The translations under genes were made by a program, and so were the position numbers. DNA of 60,113 nucleotides, filler included, from Spirochaetales bacterium (lineage in GTDB: Bacteria; Spirochaetota; Spirochaetia; Treponematales; UBA12059), in the NCBI GenBank assembly GCA_016928955.1. It is 2 parts of 2 records of this genome, joined end to end, with 100 filler letters (N's around TTAATTAATTAA, not from the genome) between each part and the next. Parts side by side here need not be neighbours in the genome. Positions count along the whole stretch, not along the records: positions 1 to 29,007 come from JAFGJV010000018.1; positions 29,108 to 60,113 come from JAFGJV010000001.1. One strand, given 5' to 3'. A model generated the notes under the pieces. The model saw only the letters and a program-made list of their open reading frames with translations. It was not told where the DNA came from and did no database searches. Shown here one piece after another: positions 28,919-37,189 of this stretch. Positions within the stretch are counted from its first letter, which is position 1. Each line of letters begins with the position of its first letter.

Positions 28919-28941
28919 TAGTGTACCGAAGCTTTGATGCC
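28919..28941. repeat. Family A terminal repeat next to the contig end
   Basis: TAGTGTACCGAAGCTTTGATGCC, 21/23 identical to 22799-22821. Confidence 0.78.
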
Positions 28942-29007
28942 GCGCAAGCGCGGCTCGTCCGTTGAGCGTAGTAGCGGTAGCTTTAAGGAGGGCGACGATG
29001 TTCGTAC

Positions 29008-29107
29008 NNNNNNNNNNNNNNNNNNNNNNNNNNNNNNNNNNNNNNNNNNNNTTAATTAATTAANNNNNNNNNNNNNNNNNNNNNNNNNNNNNNNNNNNNN
29101 NNNNNNN
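29008..29107. other. Assembly gap/contig linker (artefact)
   Basis: 44 N + TTAATTAATTAA (stop codons in all six frames) + 44 N = 100 bp. Confidence 0.95.
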
Positions 29108-29163
29108 CGCTGATTCACGTCCGCTGATGGCTGCCACGCGCGGCCGGTCGGCGTGTCAGCCCC

Positions 29164-29973
29164 TCAGCGCTTGTCGAACAGCACGGACGAGGTCAGCCTG
29201 GTGGCCAGGCGTATGGCCGGTGCCGGAAACAGCTTGTTGGCCAGGTTCAGGATTTTTGAATCGGCGCTTAGGAAAACCCTGAACGTGTTCCGCCTGATCG
29301 CGGACAGAATTTTACGCGCGACCTTCTGCGGGGACGGCAAGGGCAACACCGTCCTCAGCTTATCCATTTTTTTGTTCGGCTGGGAACCTGAGTGCTCTAT
29401 GATATTCGTATTGACGCCCCCGGGCAGGACCACGGTCACCCGTACGTTGGTATTCAGGAATTCCGCGTACAGGCCCTCGGACAGCATGCGGACAGCCGCC
29501 TTGGACGCGCCGTAAATCGTCTGGCCCGGCACGGGAAAGAAGGCTCCCATGCTGGATATATTGACAATGTGGGCCTCGGGTCTTTTCATGAGACTGGGTA
29601 GGAATGCCTGGATGGTGTGGACCGTCCCCCAAAAATTCACGTTCATGATTTTTTCTATTCTTTCCACGGATGTGTCTGCGAACAGCTCGAAGGGCTGGAT
29701 GATACCGGCGCAGTTGATCAGCAGGTCGATTTCCCCGTTCGCATCAGCGCTGATTTTAGACGCTACGGCATGCACCCGAACCCTGTCCGTCAGGTCGACC
29801 GGGAAAACGGACAGCTTGGCGCTGGTCAGCCCGTCTTTGAGCGCGGACAGAGCTTGTTCGTCCCTGTCCAGAGCGAAAACCCGCCCACAGTCGCCCAAAA
29901 GTTCGCTTACAAGCGCCTTGCCGATGCCGTTGGCCGCGCCGGTTACGACAGCGGTTTTTCCGAGCACGTTCAC
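29164..29973 (-). CDS. Short-chain dehydrogenase/reductase
   Basis: TGAANGIG, NCAG, NISS and YGASK catalytic motif; GTG start overlapping the upstream stop. Confidence 0.9.
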   Translation of the reverse strand: MNVLGKTAVVTGAANGIGKALVSELLGDCGRVFALDRDEQALSALKDGLTSAKLSVFPVDLTDRVRVHAVASKISADANGEIDLLINCAGIIQPFELFADTSVERIEKIMNVNFWGTVHTIQAFLPSLMKRPEAHIVNISSMGAFFPVPGQTIYGASKAAVRMLSEGLYAEFLNTNVRVTVVLPGGVNTNIIEHSGSQPNKKMDKLRTVLPLPSPQKVARKILSAIRRNTFRVFLSADSKILNLANKLFPAPAIRLATRLTSSVLFDKR

Positions 29974-31151
29974 GCGTTTCCCGCCATGAGAACGATGCCC
30001 GGTCCGAGCTCGGATGTGCCGGGGGCAAATTCCAGCCGTATGTCCGGCGCGGCCTTGGTAACGATGGGGCTGGCTGCTTCTTTGTCGTACGCGGCCTTGG
30101 CACGCTCGTCGGTGAATTCCGCTGGCAGGCGGAATTCGGCAAGCAATGACCCGTCCTGGCCGCGGAGGCCGATGAACAGCCGTTCCGAAAGATTGAGCAG
30201 GGCCGCGGCCACGTCGCCGCCGACTATGGCCACCAGGCCGGCTAACTGGGTGTCCAACTCCACGCTTGTGTCCGTCGTCACGCTGACGGCTGGCAGGTTC
30301 GGGAAGCAGTTTTCCGTGTTCCTGGACGCCACCGCCCTGAGCAGTTCCCGGGCGTTGACGGTCACGGCGTTGTGTTTGGACAGGGCCAATTCGTTGACCA
30401 CGGCCAATCCGCGTATCCGCCGCTTGACCGTGCCGCATACATTGGGATCCTCCATGTCGGCCATGCCCATGATGGATAAAACGGTTTGCAGGTTGTTCTT
30501 GACCCTGTGGTGCAGTTCCCTGAGCAGGCTGTCCTTTTCCGCCAGGGCCTGGTCCAGGTCGCCCGCCATGCGTTCCGAGCGCTCCAGCTCTGCCGCTATT
30601 CTGTCAGACGCGTCCTTCTGGGCGCATATGGACTGGCCGAGCTTGTCCAAAAGCTCGCGTATGACGATGGTGAGGCCAATCTCCACCAAGGCCAGGCTGG
30701 TGCCTATGATCAAAACCGTGAGCGGCGTGGCGCCATAACCTTCAACCCAGCCAAACCCGAGGGCAAGTCCCCACACGGCCATGAACAAAAGACCAAGCGT
30801 ATTGGTCAGTACCGACACGGTCTTGCTCCCGAACAGGGCGGAAAGCACGCTGGCCGCCAGCAGCCAGATGTAGCCAGCGCCAAGCGGGCCGGTTTGTACC
30901 AGCACCACCACGCCCATGCCCATGGACATGGATACGAGCACGCTCAGCTTGACGGAGAAGGTGGACCGGGGGTGGAAGGCTGACAGAAGGATGGTCGCGT
31001 ACGCAATGGTATCGATCACAGCTATGGGCCACAGGGCTTCATGCACCGCCGCGTACATGCTTGGCGCGTAGGCAACGATCCCGGCGCAGGCAAGAAAACG
31101 GGTCAGGGCACCGAGTATTTTGTTCTTTTCGCTGATAAATAACGATGCCAC
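29970..31151 (-). CDS. Membrane sensor with HisKA_2 domain and degenerate ATPase domain
   Basis: About 6 N-terminal TM helices and ELHHRVKNNLQ H-box; no recognisable N/G boxes. Confidence 0.75.
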   Translation of the reverse strand: MASLFISEKNKILGALTRFLACAGIVAYAPSMYAAVHEALWPIAVIDTIAYATILLSAFHPRSTFSVKLSVLVSMSMGMGVVVLVQTGPLGAGYIWLLAASVLSALFGSKTVSVLTNTLGLLFMAVWGLALGFGWVEGYGATPLTVLIIGTSLALVEIGLTIVIRELLDKLGQSICAQKDASDRIAAELERSERMAGDLDQALAEKDSLLRELHHRVKNNLQTVLSIMGMADMEDPNVCGTVKRRIRGLAVVNELALSKHNAVTVNARELLRAVASRNTENCFPNLPAVSVTTDTSVELDTQLAGLVAIVGGDVAAALLNLSERLFIGLRGQDGSLLAEFRLPAEFTDERAKAAYDKEAASPIVTKAAPDIRLEFAPGTSELGPGIVLMAGNA

Positions 31152-31233
31152 AACGGCATAGTACGATGGCTTGATGGAGCCGTCAACCAGGAATACGGGC
31201 CACGAGCTGCCGGTGAGCCATGGCCGCCCATTC

Positions 31234-31262
31234 TTGACGTTATGGGCATATGCCAGTATTCT
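31234..31262 (+). promoter_or_regulatory. Sigma70 promoter of the ORP-like cluster with a palindrome in the spacer
   Basis: TTGACG-17-TATTCT enclosing the perfect palindrome GGCATATGCC (31245-31254). Confidence 0.7.
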
Positions 31263-31446
31263 ACATTATATACCGCTGGGGCACAGGAGCCTTCCGCTTA
31301 CAAGCCTTGGCTACCTGCCTGGCGCGGTTTTGGTGTGGATGTGACGCGTTTCCCGTTGGGACGCGATGCTGGTGCCGGGGGTCTACCGTACATGCCTTAA
31401 GCAGGCATACCGAGACGCCTCCGCACCCGGCGTAATAGGAGGTTAT

Positions 31447-31815
31447 ATGCCATATCTCGATGGAACTGGTCCGGCGGGTGCCGGACCGATGACGGGCCGC
31501 GCTCTGGGTCGCTGCGGTGGCTCGGCCGCTGTTCGCGCACCTTTTGGCAGGGGTTTTGGACGCGGCTGGGGCGCTGGTCCGGGCTGGGGCGCTGGTCCGG
31601 GCTGGGGCGCTGGCCAAGGCTGGGGCGCTGGTCGGGGTTTCGGAGGGGCCGGGGCCTACAGGCCATGGTTCGACGCGGGCGCGGAGGGCGCGGACGCCCG
31701 TGAGCGCTGGAGCGACGACATGCTCCGCTCGCGACGCGAATGGCTGGCGGCCGAACTCGAGCGCGTCGATAGGGTCCTGAAAACCGGCACTGCGGAGAGC
31801 AAGGACGGCGAGTGA
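31447..31815 (+). CDS. DUF5320-like Gly-rich protein
   Basis: MPYLDGTGPAGAGPMTGRALGRC N-terminus, Gly-rich middle and C-terminal coiled coil; AGGAGG SD. Confidence 0.8.
   Translation: MPYLDGTGPAGAGPMTGRALGRCGGSAAVRAPFGRGFGRGWGAGPGWGAGPGWGAGQGWGAGRGFGGAGAYRPWFDAGAEGADARERWSDDMLRSRREWLAAELERVDRVLKTGTAESKDGE
31564..31635 (+). repeat. 18-bp coding tandem repeat x4 (GWGAG[P/Q/R])
   Basis: GGCTGGGGCGCTGGTCCG x2 followed by two variant units. Confidence 0.9.
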
Positions 31816-32684
31816 CCATTGCAATAGCCAGCGGCAAGGGTGGTACCGGCAAAACCACCCTTGCCGTCCATCTCGCCTCCCTTTTGGCGCACACTGCCAG
31901 CGTTACCCTGGTCGATTTGGACGTTGAGGCGCCTGACGACGCCGCTTATTTCCCTGAAGACAGCACCCTTGCCTCGGAAAAACCGGTACACGTTATGGTG
32001 CCTGAGCTTACCGACGCGTGCACGGGTTGCGGCGCGTGCGCGGCCGTCTGCCACTTTGGCGCCATTGTGGCCATCAAAGGTTCGGTGGGCGTCAACCCAG
32101 ACCTGTGCAAGGGCTGCGGTCGTTGCGTGTCGGCTTGCCCAGCAGGAGCCTTGGTGGAAAAGCCCGTGCGCATAGGCATGGTAACCGCGCGCTCAGGATC
32201 CGGTCCTCATCTGGTGGAGGGCAGGCTGGACGTGGGCGACATACGCTCCACGGTCGTTATAGACGCCGCCAAAAAAACAGCCAGGGACACAAACAGCCAA
32301 TACATAATCCGTGATTGTCCGCCGGGAGCCACCTGCCCGTCCGTCAAGGCCGTCCATGGTGCCGACGTGTGCGTGCTGGTGGCCGAACCGACGCTGTTCA
32401 GCGTCCACGACGTGACCGCCGCCGCTCGCTTTGTGGCCGACCTCGGCATACCCGCTGGGCTGGTTGTCAACAAGGCAGGGGAAGGTTCCGCTGACCCTGT
32501 TGCCGCGGCCGCTGAGCTTGGCTTGATCCATCTCGGGAGCATACCCTGGACGGAGAGCATGGCCCGAGCCGGAGCGGCGGGCAGGAGGGTTGACGACGAC
32601 CCTGCCCTCAAAGGAACGCTCGACCACATCATGCAAGGCATTCTGCGCCTTGCCGCTAGCCAAGGAAACGAGGCCGCCTCATGA
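31812..32684 (+). CDS. MinD/ParA-type P-loop ATPase with inserted 2[4Fe-4S] domain
   Basis: SGKGGTGKT, DLDVEAP, CTGCGACAAVC, CKGCGRCVSACP and DCPPG. Confidence 0.88.
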   Translation: MTIAIASGKGGTGKTTLAVHLASLLAHTASVTLVDLDVEAPDDAAYFPEDSTLASEKPVHVMVPELTDACTGCGACAAVCHFGAIVAIKGSVGVNPDLCKGCGRCVSACPAGALVEKPVRIGMVTARSGSGPHLVEGRLDVGDIRSTVVIDAAKKTARDTNSQYIIRDCPPGATCPSVKAVHGADVCVLVAEPTLFSVHDVTAAARFVADLGIPAGLVVNKAGEGSADPVAAAAELGLIHLGSIPWTESMARAGAAGRRVDDDPALKGTLDHIMQGILRLAASQGNEAAS

Positions 32685-33598
32685 TCACCATCACCGTGGC
32701 AAGCGGCAAAGGCGGGGCCGGCAAGACATCGGTAAGCTCAGCGCTGGCCGCAGGGCTCGGCCACCGCGGCATATTGGCCGACTGCGACGTGGACGCGGCC
32801 AACGCGGCAATAGCCATGAACGCCACGCTCACGTCCAGCACCGACTACTATTCCGGCGACGGCTACCAGGTCGACGCCAAGCGCTGTACGGGTTGCGGGC
32901 TGTGCCAGCGCGTGTGCCGCTTTGACGCATTCAGGCCGACCAACGGAATCTTTACGATAGACGAGGCCCTGTGCGAGCGCTGCGGAGCCTGCGTTGACGC
33001 CTGCCCCTCGGGCGCCATCATCACCGAGAACAAACTCGGCGGCAAGCTCATGGTATCGCGCTCGTTCCTGGATTCCGCGGTAGTGCACGCGGAGCTGGTT
33101 CCCGGTGAGGACACCAGCGGCAAGCTGGCCGCGTCCGTACGGCGTAGGGCCGAGGACGAAGCCGAGCGCTCGGCCGCCGAGGGTAAGCCCATCGATGCCA
33201 TCGTTGTGGACGCGCCGCCGGGCATCGGCTGTCCCGTCATCGCCTCCCTTACCAGGGCGGATATGGTCGTGGTGGTCATTGAAGCGGGCAGTTCCGGCGT
33301 GCGGGACGCAGAACGCCTTTTTGAGCTGTGCGCGTCCATGAACAGGAAAACGGGCGCCGTGATCAACAAGGCGGGCATGGACCCTGAGTGGGACCGGAAA
33401 GCCAGGGAATTGGCCGGCCGCTTTGCCTCCCCGGTTCTGGCCGACCTGCCCTGGGACAGGCGCTTCAGGCAGTCCACGGAGCGCGCCGAGGCGTGGGTAC
33501 TGAGCCAAGACCGTTTTGTGGCCGAATCCGCCAGCAGGCTCTGCTCCGCCGTGTATCAGCTCGCCGGCCTTCCGTCCGTCACCATCCTCGGTTCCTGA
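32681..33598 (+). CDS. Second MinD-type ATPase with 2[4Fe-4S] domain
   Basis: SGKGGAGKT, DCDVDAAN, CTGCGLCQRVC, CERCGACVDACP and DAPPGIGCP. Confidence 0.88.
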   Translation: MITITVASGKGGAGKTSVSSALAAGLGHRGILADCDVDAANAAIAMNATLTSSTDYYSGDGYQVDAKRCTGCGLCQRVCRFDAFRPTNGIFTIDEALCERCGACVDACPSGAIITENKLGGKLMVSRSFLDSAVVHAELVPGEDTSGKLAASVRRRAEDEAERSAAEGKPIDAIVVDAPPGIGCPVIASLTRADMVVVVIEAGSSGVRDAERLFELCASMNRKTGAVINKAGMDPEWDRKARELAGRFASPVLADLPWDRRFRQSTERAEAWVLSQDRFVAESASRLCSAVYQLAGLPSVTILGS

Positions 33599-33657
33599 AC
33601 AAAGCACGATCGGCGGGGGACCAAGCGGGCTCCTGCCATGAAAGGACAGTTAGTCGA

Positions 33658-33936
33658 ATGAAAGCGATACCAACCGACGATAAGTCGACCGTTTCCAAGG
33701 TGTTCGGGAGGGCGACCTGGTTTGCCCTGGTCAAGGACGGCGGCGTTGAATTCCTGTCAGGCACGTCGGCCAACGAACACGGGGCAGGCACCGGCGCGGT
33801 TTCCCTGCTGGCCGACCGTGGCGTGGACGAGGTTGTAGCGGCTGAAGTGGGGCCCAAGGCCCGTGACAGCCTGGTTGCGGCCGGCATAGCCATTACCCTG
33901 GTACGGGCAGGCACACCCATCTCGGACATAGCCTGA
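33658..33936 (+). CDS. NifB/NifX-like (COG1433) small protein
   Basis: AIPTD...VFGRA, EHGAG and VGPKA motifs. Confidence 0.78.
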   Translation: MKAIPTDDKSTVSKVFGRATWFALVKDGGVEFLSGTSANEHGAGTGAVSLLADRGVDEVVAAEVGPKARDSLVAAGIAITLVRAGTPISDIA

Positions 33937-34072
33937 GTTCTTAGCGCATACCCATCCCCCGGGCCCAGCGCCCGGCGGGAGCATTGACCTTCAACCATAT
34001 CCATGGGCATAGTAGGCGCGGCGCCCGGCCTTGAGGGAGTGCGCCGTCCGTACCCTCTGAAAGGAATATTCT

Positions 34073-34897
34073 GTGAGTGACCAGACTACGAGCGTCAATA
34101 AAATCAAGCGTATCATAGGCGTCGCCAGCGGCAAGGGCGGCGTTGGCAAGTCCACGGTGGCCGTCCTCCTGGCCCAGGCTTTGGCCGCACGCGGCAGGAG
34201 CGTCGGTATCATGGACGCCGACATCACGGGACCCAGCGTGCCGCGCCTCCTTGGCGTGGGCTCGTTCAGAGGCGATTTTGACGGAGAACGGCTGGTGCCC
34301 GTTGTGTCGGAGAACGGCATCAAGGTGGTGTCCATCAACTTCTACGTCAACGACGAGGCCACGCCGGTTGTGTGGCGCGGCCCTCTCATGTCCAAGGCCG
34401 TGGACCAGTTCTGGTCTGACACCGCCTGGGGCGAGCTCGACTACCTGATCGTGGACTTTCCCCCGGGAACGGGCGACGTGCAAATCACCGCGTTCAAATC
34501 GCTGCCGGTCAACGGGGTGGTCGTGGTGGCCACGCCGCAGAGCCTGGTGTCCATGATCGTTGCCAAGGCCGTGCGCATGGCCGGCATGATGGATGCCCCG
34601 GTGCTCGGCGTGGTGGAAACCATGGCGACAATGACCTGCCCCCACTGCGGCAAGCCCATCGACCTGTTCGAGTCGCTCCCGGGAACCACCATACAGGACG
34701 CCCTTGGAGTGCCCAAGCTGGCGTCCCTGCCCTGGCGCCCTGAGATAGCCCAGGCCCTGGAACTGCGCTGGGAAACCCTGCCGCAGGATATTAAATCCCT
34801 GGCTGACGGCATGGCCGCGGAAACCGAGCTGGCCGTGGCCCAGTCGGGCAAGAAGCAGGCTCCCGAAGCCCCGGCGGCCCAAGGCTCCGCCACGTAA
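34073..34897 (+). CDS. mrp: Mrp/NBP35 Fe-S carrier ATPase
   Basis: SGKGGVGKS, DADITGPS, PVVWRGP, DFPPGTGD and CPHC motifs. Confidence 0.9.
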   Translation: MSDQTTSVNKIKRIIGVASGKGGVGKSTVAVLLAQALAARGRSVGIMDADITGPSVPRLLGVGSFRGDFDGERLVPVVSENGIKVVSINFYVNDEATPVVWRGPLMSKAVDQFWSDTAWGELDYLIVDFPPGTGDVQITAFKSLPVNGVVVVATPQSLVSMIVAKAVRMAGMMDAPVLGVVETMATMTCPHCGKPIDLFESLPGTTIQDALGVPKLASLPWRPEIAQALELRWETLPQDIKSLADGMAAETELAVAQSGKKQAPEAPAAQGSAT

Positions 34898-34898
34898 C

Positions 34899-35567
34899 AT
34901 GCCGCGACCCGTGTGCGGGCGCCGTGTGGGGCGCGCCTTCCAGCAACATGTATTCAAGCCGGCGGGCATTCCCGCCCGCGAGCTGGAAGAACTGGTGCTG
35001 GGACTGGACCAGGCTGAGGCCCTGAGGCTTGCGGACCTGGAAGGCATGTACCAGGAAGCGGCAGCCCGGCGCATGGGCGTATCCAGGCAGACCTTTGGCC
35101 GGATAGTGGAAAGCGCCCGCCGTATCGTGGCGGACGCCATCATAAACGGAAAAGCCCTCCGCCTTGAGGGTGGCGAGATCATCGTACAAGAGGAGACGAG
35201 CATGCACGCAAAAATCGCGCTTCCCACCAGGGACGGCCGCATAGACGAGCATTTCGGCCACTGCGATTACTTCACCGTGTTCGAGATCAAGGACGGGGCC
35301 ATAGCCGCGGAAAAGCGCGTGGACAGCCCCGACGGCTGCGGGTGCAAGACCGATATTGCCTCCGTGCTGGCCCGCGACGGGGTCACCCTCATGCTGGCTG
35401 GCAACATGGGAGAGGGCGCGGTCCGCGTGCTCAAGTCCAACGGCATAGAGGTGGTACGCGGCACGTCCGGTACCGTCCGCGAGGTTGCACAGGCCTGGCT
35501 GGCCGGTAGCGTCAAGGATTCGGGCCAGGGCTGCACCGAGCACGGTGACCACGGCTGCAATGGCTGA
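34899..35567 (+). CDS. DUF134 (UPF0251) HTH regulator fused to a NifB/NifX-like domain
   Basis: MPRP...FKP.G...EALRLAD.EG.YQEAAA..MGVSRQTF, then KIALPT...HFGHC...GCGC. Confidence 0.85.
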   Translation: MPRPVCGRRVGRAFQQHVFKPAGIPARELEELVLGLDQAEALRLADLEGMYQEAAARRMGVSRQTFGRIVESARRIVADAIINGKALRLEGGEIIVQEETSMHAKIALPTRDGRIDEHFGHCDYFTVFEIKDGAIAAEKRVDSPDGCGCKTDIASVLARDGVTLMLAGNMGEGAVRVLKSNGIEVVRGTSGTVREVAQAWLAGSVKDSGQGCTEHGDHGCNG

Positions 35568-35591
35568 CAGGTCTCCATACGGGACGAACGG

Positions 35592-35619
35592 GGCCGGCCA
35601 TTGCGCCGGCCTTATTTTT
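35592..35619 (+). terminator. Terminator after the ORP-like cluster
   Basis: GGCCGGC/GCCGGCC stem followed by TTATTTTT. Confidence 0.6.
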
Positions 35620-35636
35620 CAAGCTAGCATCATGCC

Positions 35637-36533
35637 ATGAACCAGCGGCATCCGCAGATACTCGCAGCGTCCCTCGCCCTGGCCGGTACTGCCTTCTTCT
35701 GGAGCCTGGCCGGCGTTTTCATCAAGCTGGTCGACTGGCAGCCCTTTGCCATAGCCGGGGCACGGAGCGTGGTCGCGGCAGTTTTCCTGGCCGCCTGGCT
35801 GCGCAAACCGCGCCTCAACTTTTCTCCCGCCCAGGTAGGGGCCGCCCTTTCAAGCGCGGCCACCATGCTGCTGTTCGTGTACGCCAACAAGGCGACCAGC
35901 TCAGCCAACGCCATCCTGCTCCAGTACGGGGCGCCCGTGTACACGGGCATACTGGGCGCCATCCTGATAAAGGAAAAACCCCGCGCAGAGCACATTATGG
36001 GCTTTCTGGCGGTGGCCGCCGGCATGGCCATTTTCTTCCTGGGCGACCTTGGAGGAGGCACCCTGGCCGGCGACCTGGCGGCCATAGCGTCCGGCATCAC
36101 CTTTGCATTCTACTTTGTGTTCATGCGCATGCAAAAGGACGGCTCGCCGCTTGAGTCAAATCTGCTTGCCCACATAGTGACCGCGGTCGTGGCTGGAGCC
36201 GTGTCCCTGTTCCTGCCTGCCCCGGTCCTGAGCTGGAAAGCGGGAGCCGCCATCCTTGGGCTAGGCGTCCTGCAAATCGGCCTGGCCGCCGTGCTCTTTT
36301 CCTGGGGCATCAAGCGGGTGTCGGCCATGGAAGGCATACTGATAGCCGGCCTGGAACCCGTTTTCAACCCCCTGTGGGTGTTTCTTGTCCTGGGCGAGCG
36401 TCCCTCCGGCAACGCGATCGTTGGAGGCGCCATCATTCTGGCCGCCGTTCTGGTATCGTCACTGGTATCCGCGCGGCGTGATACAGTGGCAACCCGACCC
36501 GTGGACGAGAAACCGGTGCCGGAGCGCAGCTGA
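35637..36533 (+). CDS. EamA/DMT family transporter
   Basis: About 10 TM helices; ANAILLQYGAP and LEPVFNPLWV..GERP motifs. Confidence 0.85.
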   Translation: MNQRHPQILAASLALAGTAFFWSLAGVFIKLVDWQPFAIAGARSVVAAVFLAAWLRKPRLNFSPAQVGAALSSAATMLLFVYANKATSSANAILLQYGAPVYTGILGAILIKEKPRAEHIMGFLAVAAGMAIFFLGDLGGGTLAGDLAAIASGITFAFYFVFMRMQKDGSPLESNLLAHIVTAVVAGAVSLFLPAPVLSWKAGAAILGLGVLQIGLAAVLFSWGIKRVSAMEGILIAGLEPVFNPLWVFLVLGERPSGNAIVGGAIILAAVLVSSLVSARRDTVATRPVDEKPVPERS

Positions 36534-36554
36534 TACTCCCTGTTGCGCCCCCGT

Positions 36555-36742
36555 GTGAAATTTTTTCACTGTGCTTCCCAAATCGCTTAGCCCGTGTGCA
36601 AGCGCGTGCCCTGTTTGTATACGCGTCGCCCAAACAAGCGCATTCACCTGCGCGTTTTTTAGAATTATTTACTTTTGCTACATACAATTATTTTTTTCAC
36701 AAAAAACAAGCATGTTTTTTAGTAATTGGCATGATTCCTGCA
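36555..36742 (+). promoter_or_regulatory. Sigma54 (-24/-12) promoter with AT-rich spacer and candidate upstream activator site
   Basis: TGGCATGATTCCTGCA at 36727-36742 (GG-N10-GC); A/T-tract region about 36655-36725; palindrome GTGAAA-TTT-TTTCAC at 36555-36569. Confidence 0.7.
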
Positions 36743-36787
36743 TAGATATTCATGCCGAACAAGGCAACACCACAGAAGGAGTCAGAT

Positions 36788-37018
36788 ATGTACGGTAGAG
36801 CATTCGGGTATGGAGCTGGGGCAATGGGCGGAACCTTTGGCGCTGGCTTTGCGGGCGGACCTATGGGAGCCGTTCCGGTACTGGCCTGGGTTGGGATAGC
36901 CCTGGCCTTGGGCTTTGGCATTGCGGCTTTTGTGCTTGCTCTCAGGGCAAACGCGGCGGTAAAGCGGCTGAACGGACGGTCCGTGGCGGCGGATGTGGCT
37001 GAAGGCCAGGGTTCCTGA
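36788..37018 (+). CDS. Small (76 aa) Gly-rich single-pass membrane protein
   Basis: AAGGAG SD, one hydrophobic helix and its own terminator. Confidence 0.7.
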   Translation: MYGRAFGYGAGAMGGTFGAGFAGGPMGAVPVLAWVGIALALGFGIAAFVLALRANAAVKRLNGRSVAADVAEGQGS

Positions 37019-37069
37019 CGGAGGCATTGGCACCACATTGTGGTCGCTATAAAAGCTTGGCGGCGCACG

Positions 37070-37106
37070 CGTACCCCCGGGGATACGGTCTCCGGGGGTA
37101 CGTTTT
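37070..37106 (+). terminator. Terminator after the small ORF
   Basis: CGTACCCCCGG...CCGGGGGTACG followed by TTTT. Confidence 0.72.
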
Positions 37107-37189
37107 GCGTTTGAGGCTACACTGTACGATAGTTTGTTCTATCAAACCGGTAACCTCAGGTAGCTACTCGTAGAGAAAGTGAGGGAATC

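Noticed and set aside
22799..28941. Family A repeats as a CRISPR array or integron attC sites
   Set aside because: Irregular kb-scale spacing and mixed orientation; no RYYYAAC...GTTRRRY boxes; no cas or intI gene in the window
29052..29063. TTAATTAATTAA palindrome
   Set aside because: Centred in symmetric N runs; an artificial six-frame-stop linker, not biology
29164..30438. 424-aa extended SDR in the ORF track
   Set aside because: The N-terminal extension overlaps the sensor gene; the real start is GTG 29973, just before the Rossmann motif
37027..37047. Second sigma54 promoter (TTGGCAC...)
   Set aside because: The -12 position reads TG rather than GC at the required spacing
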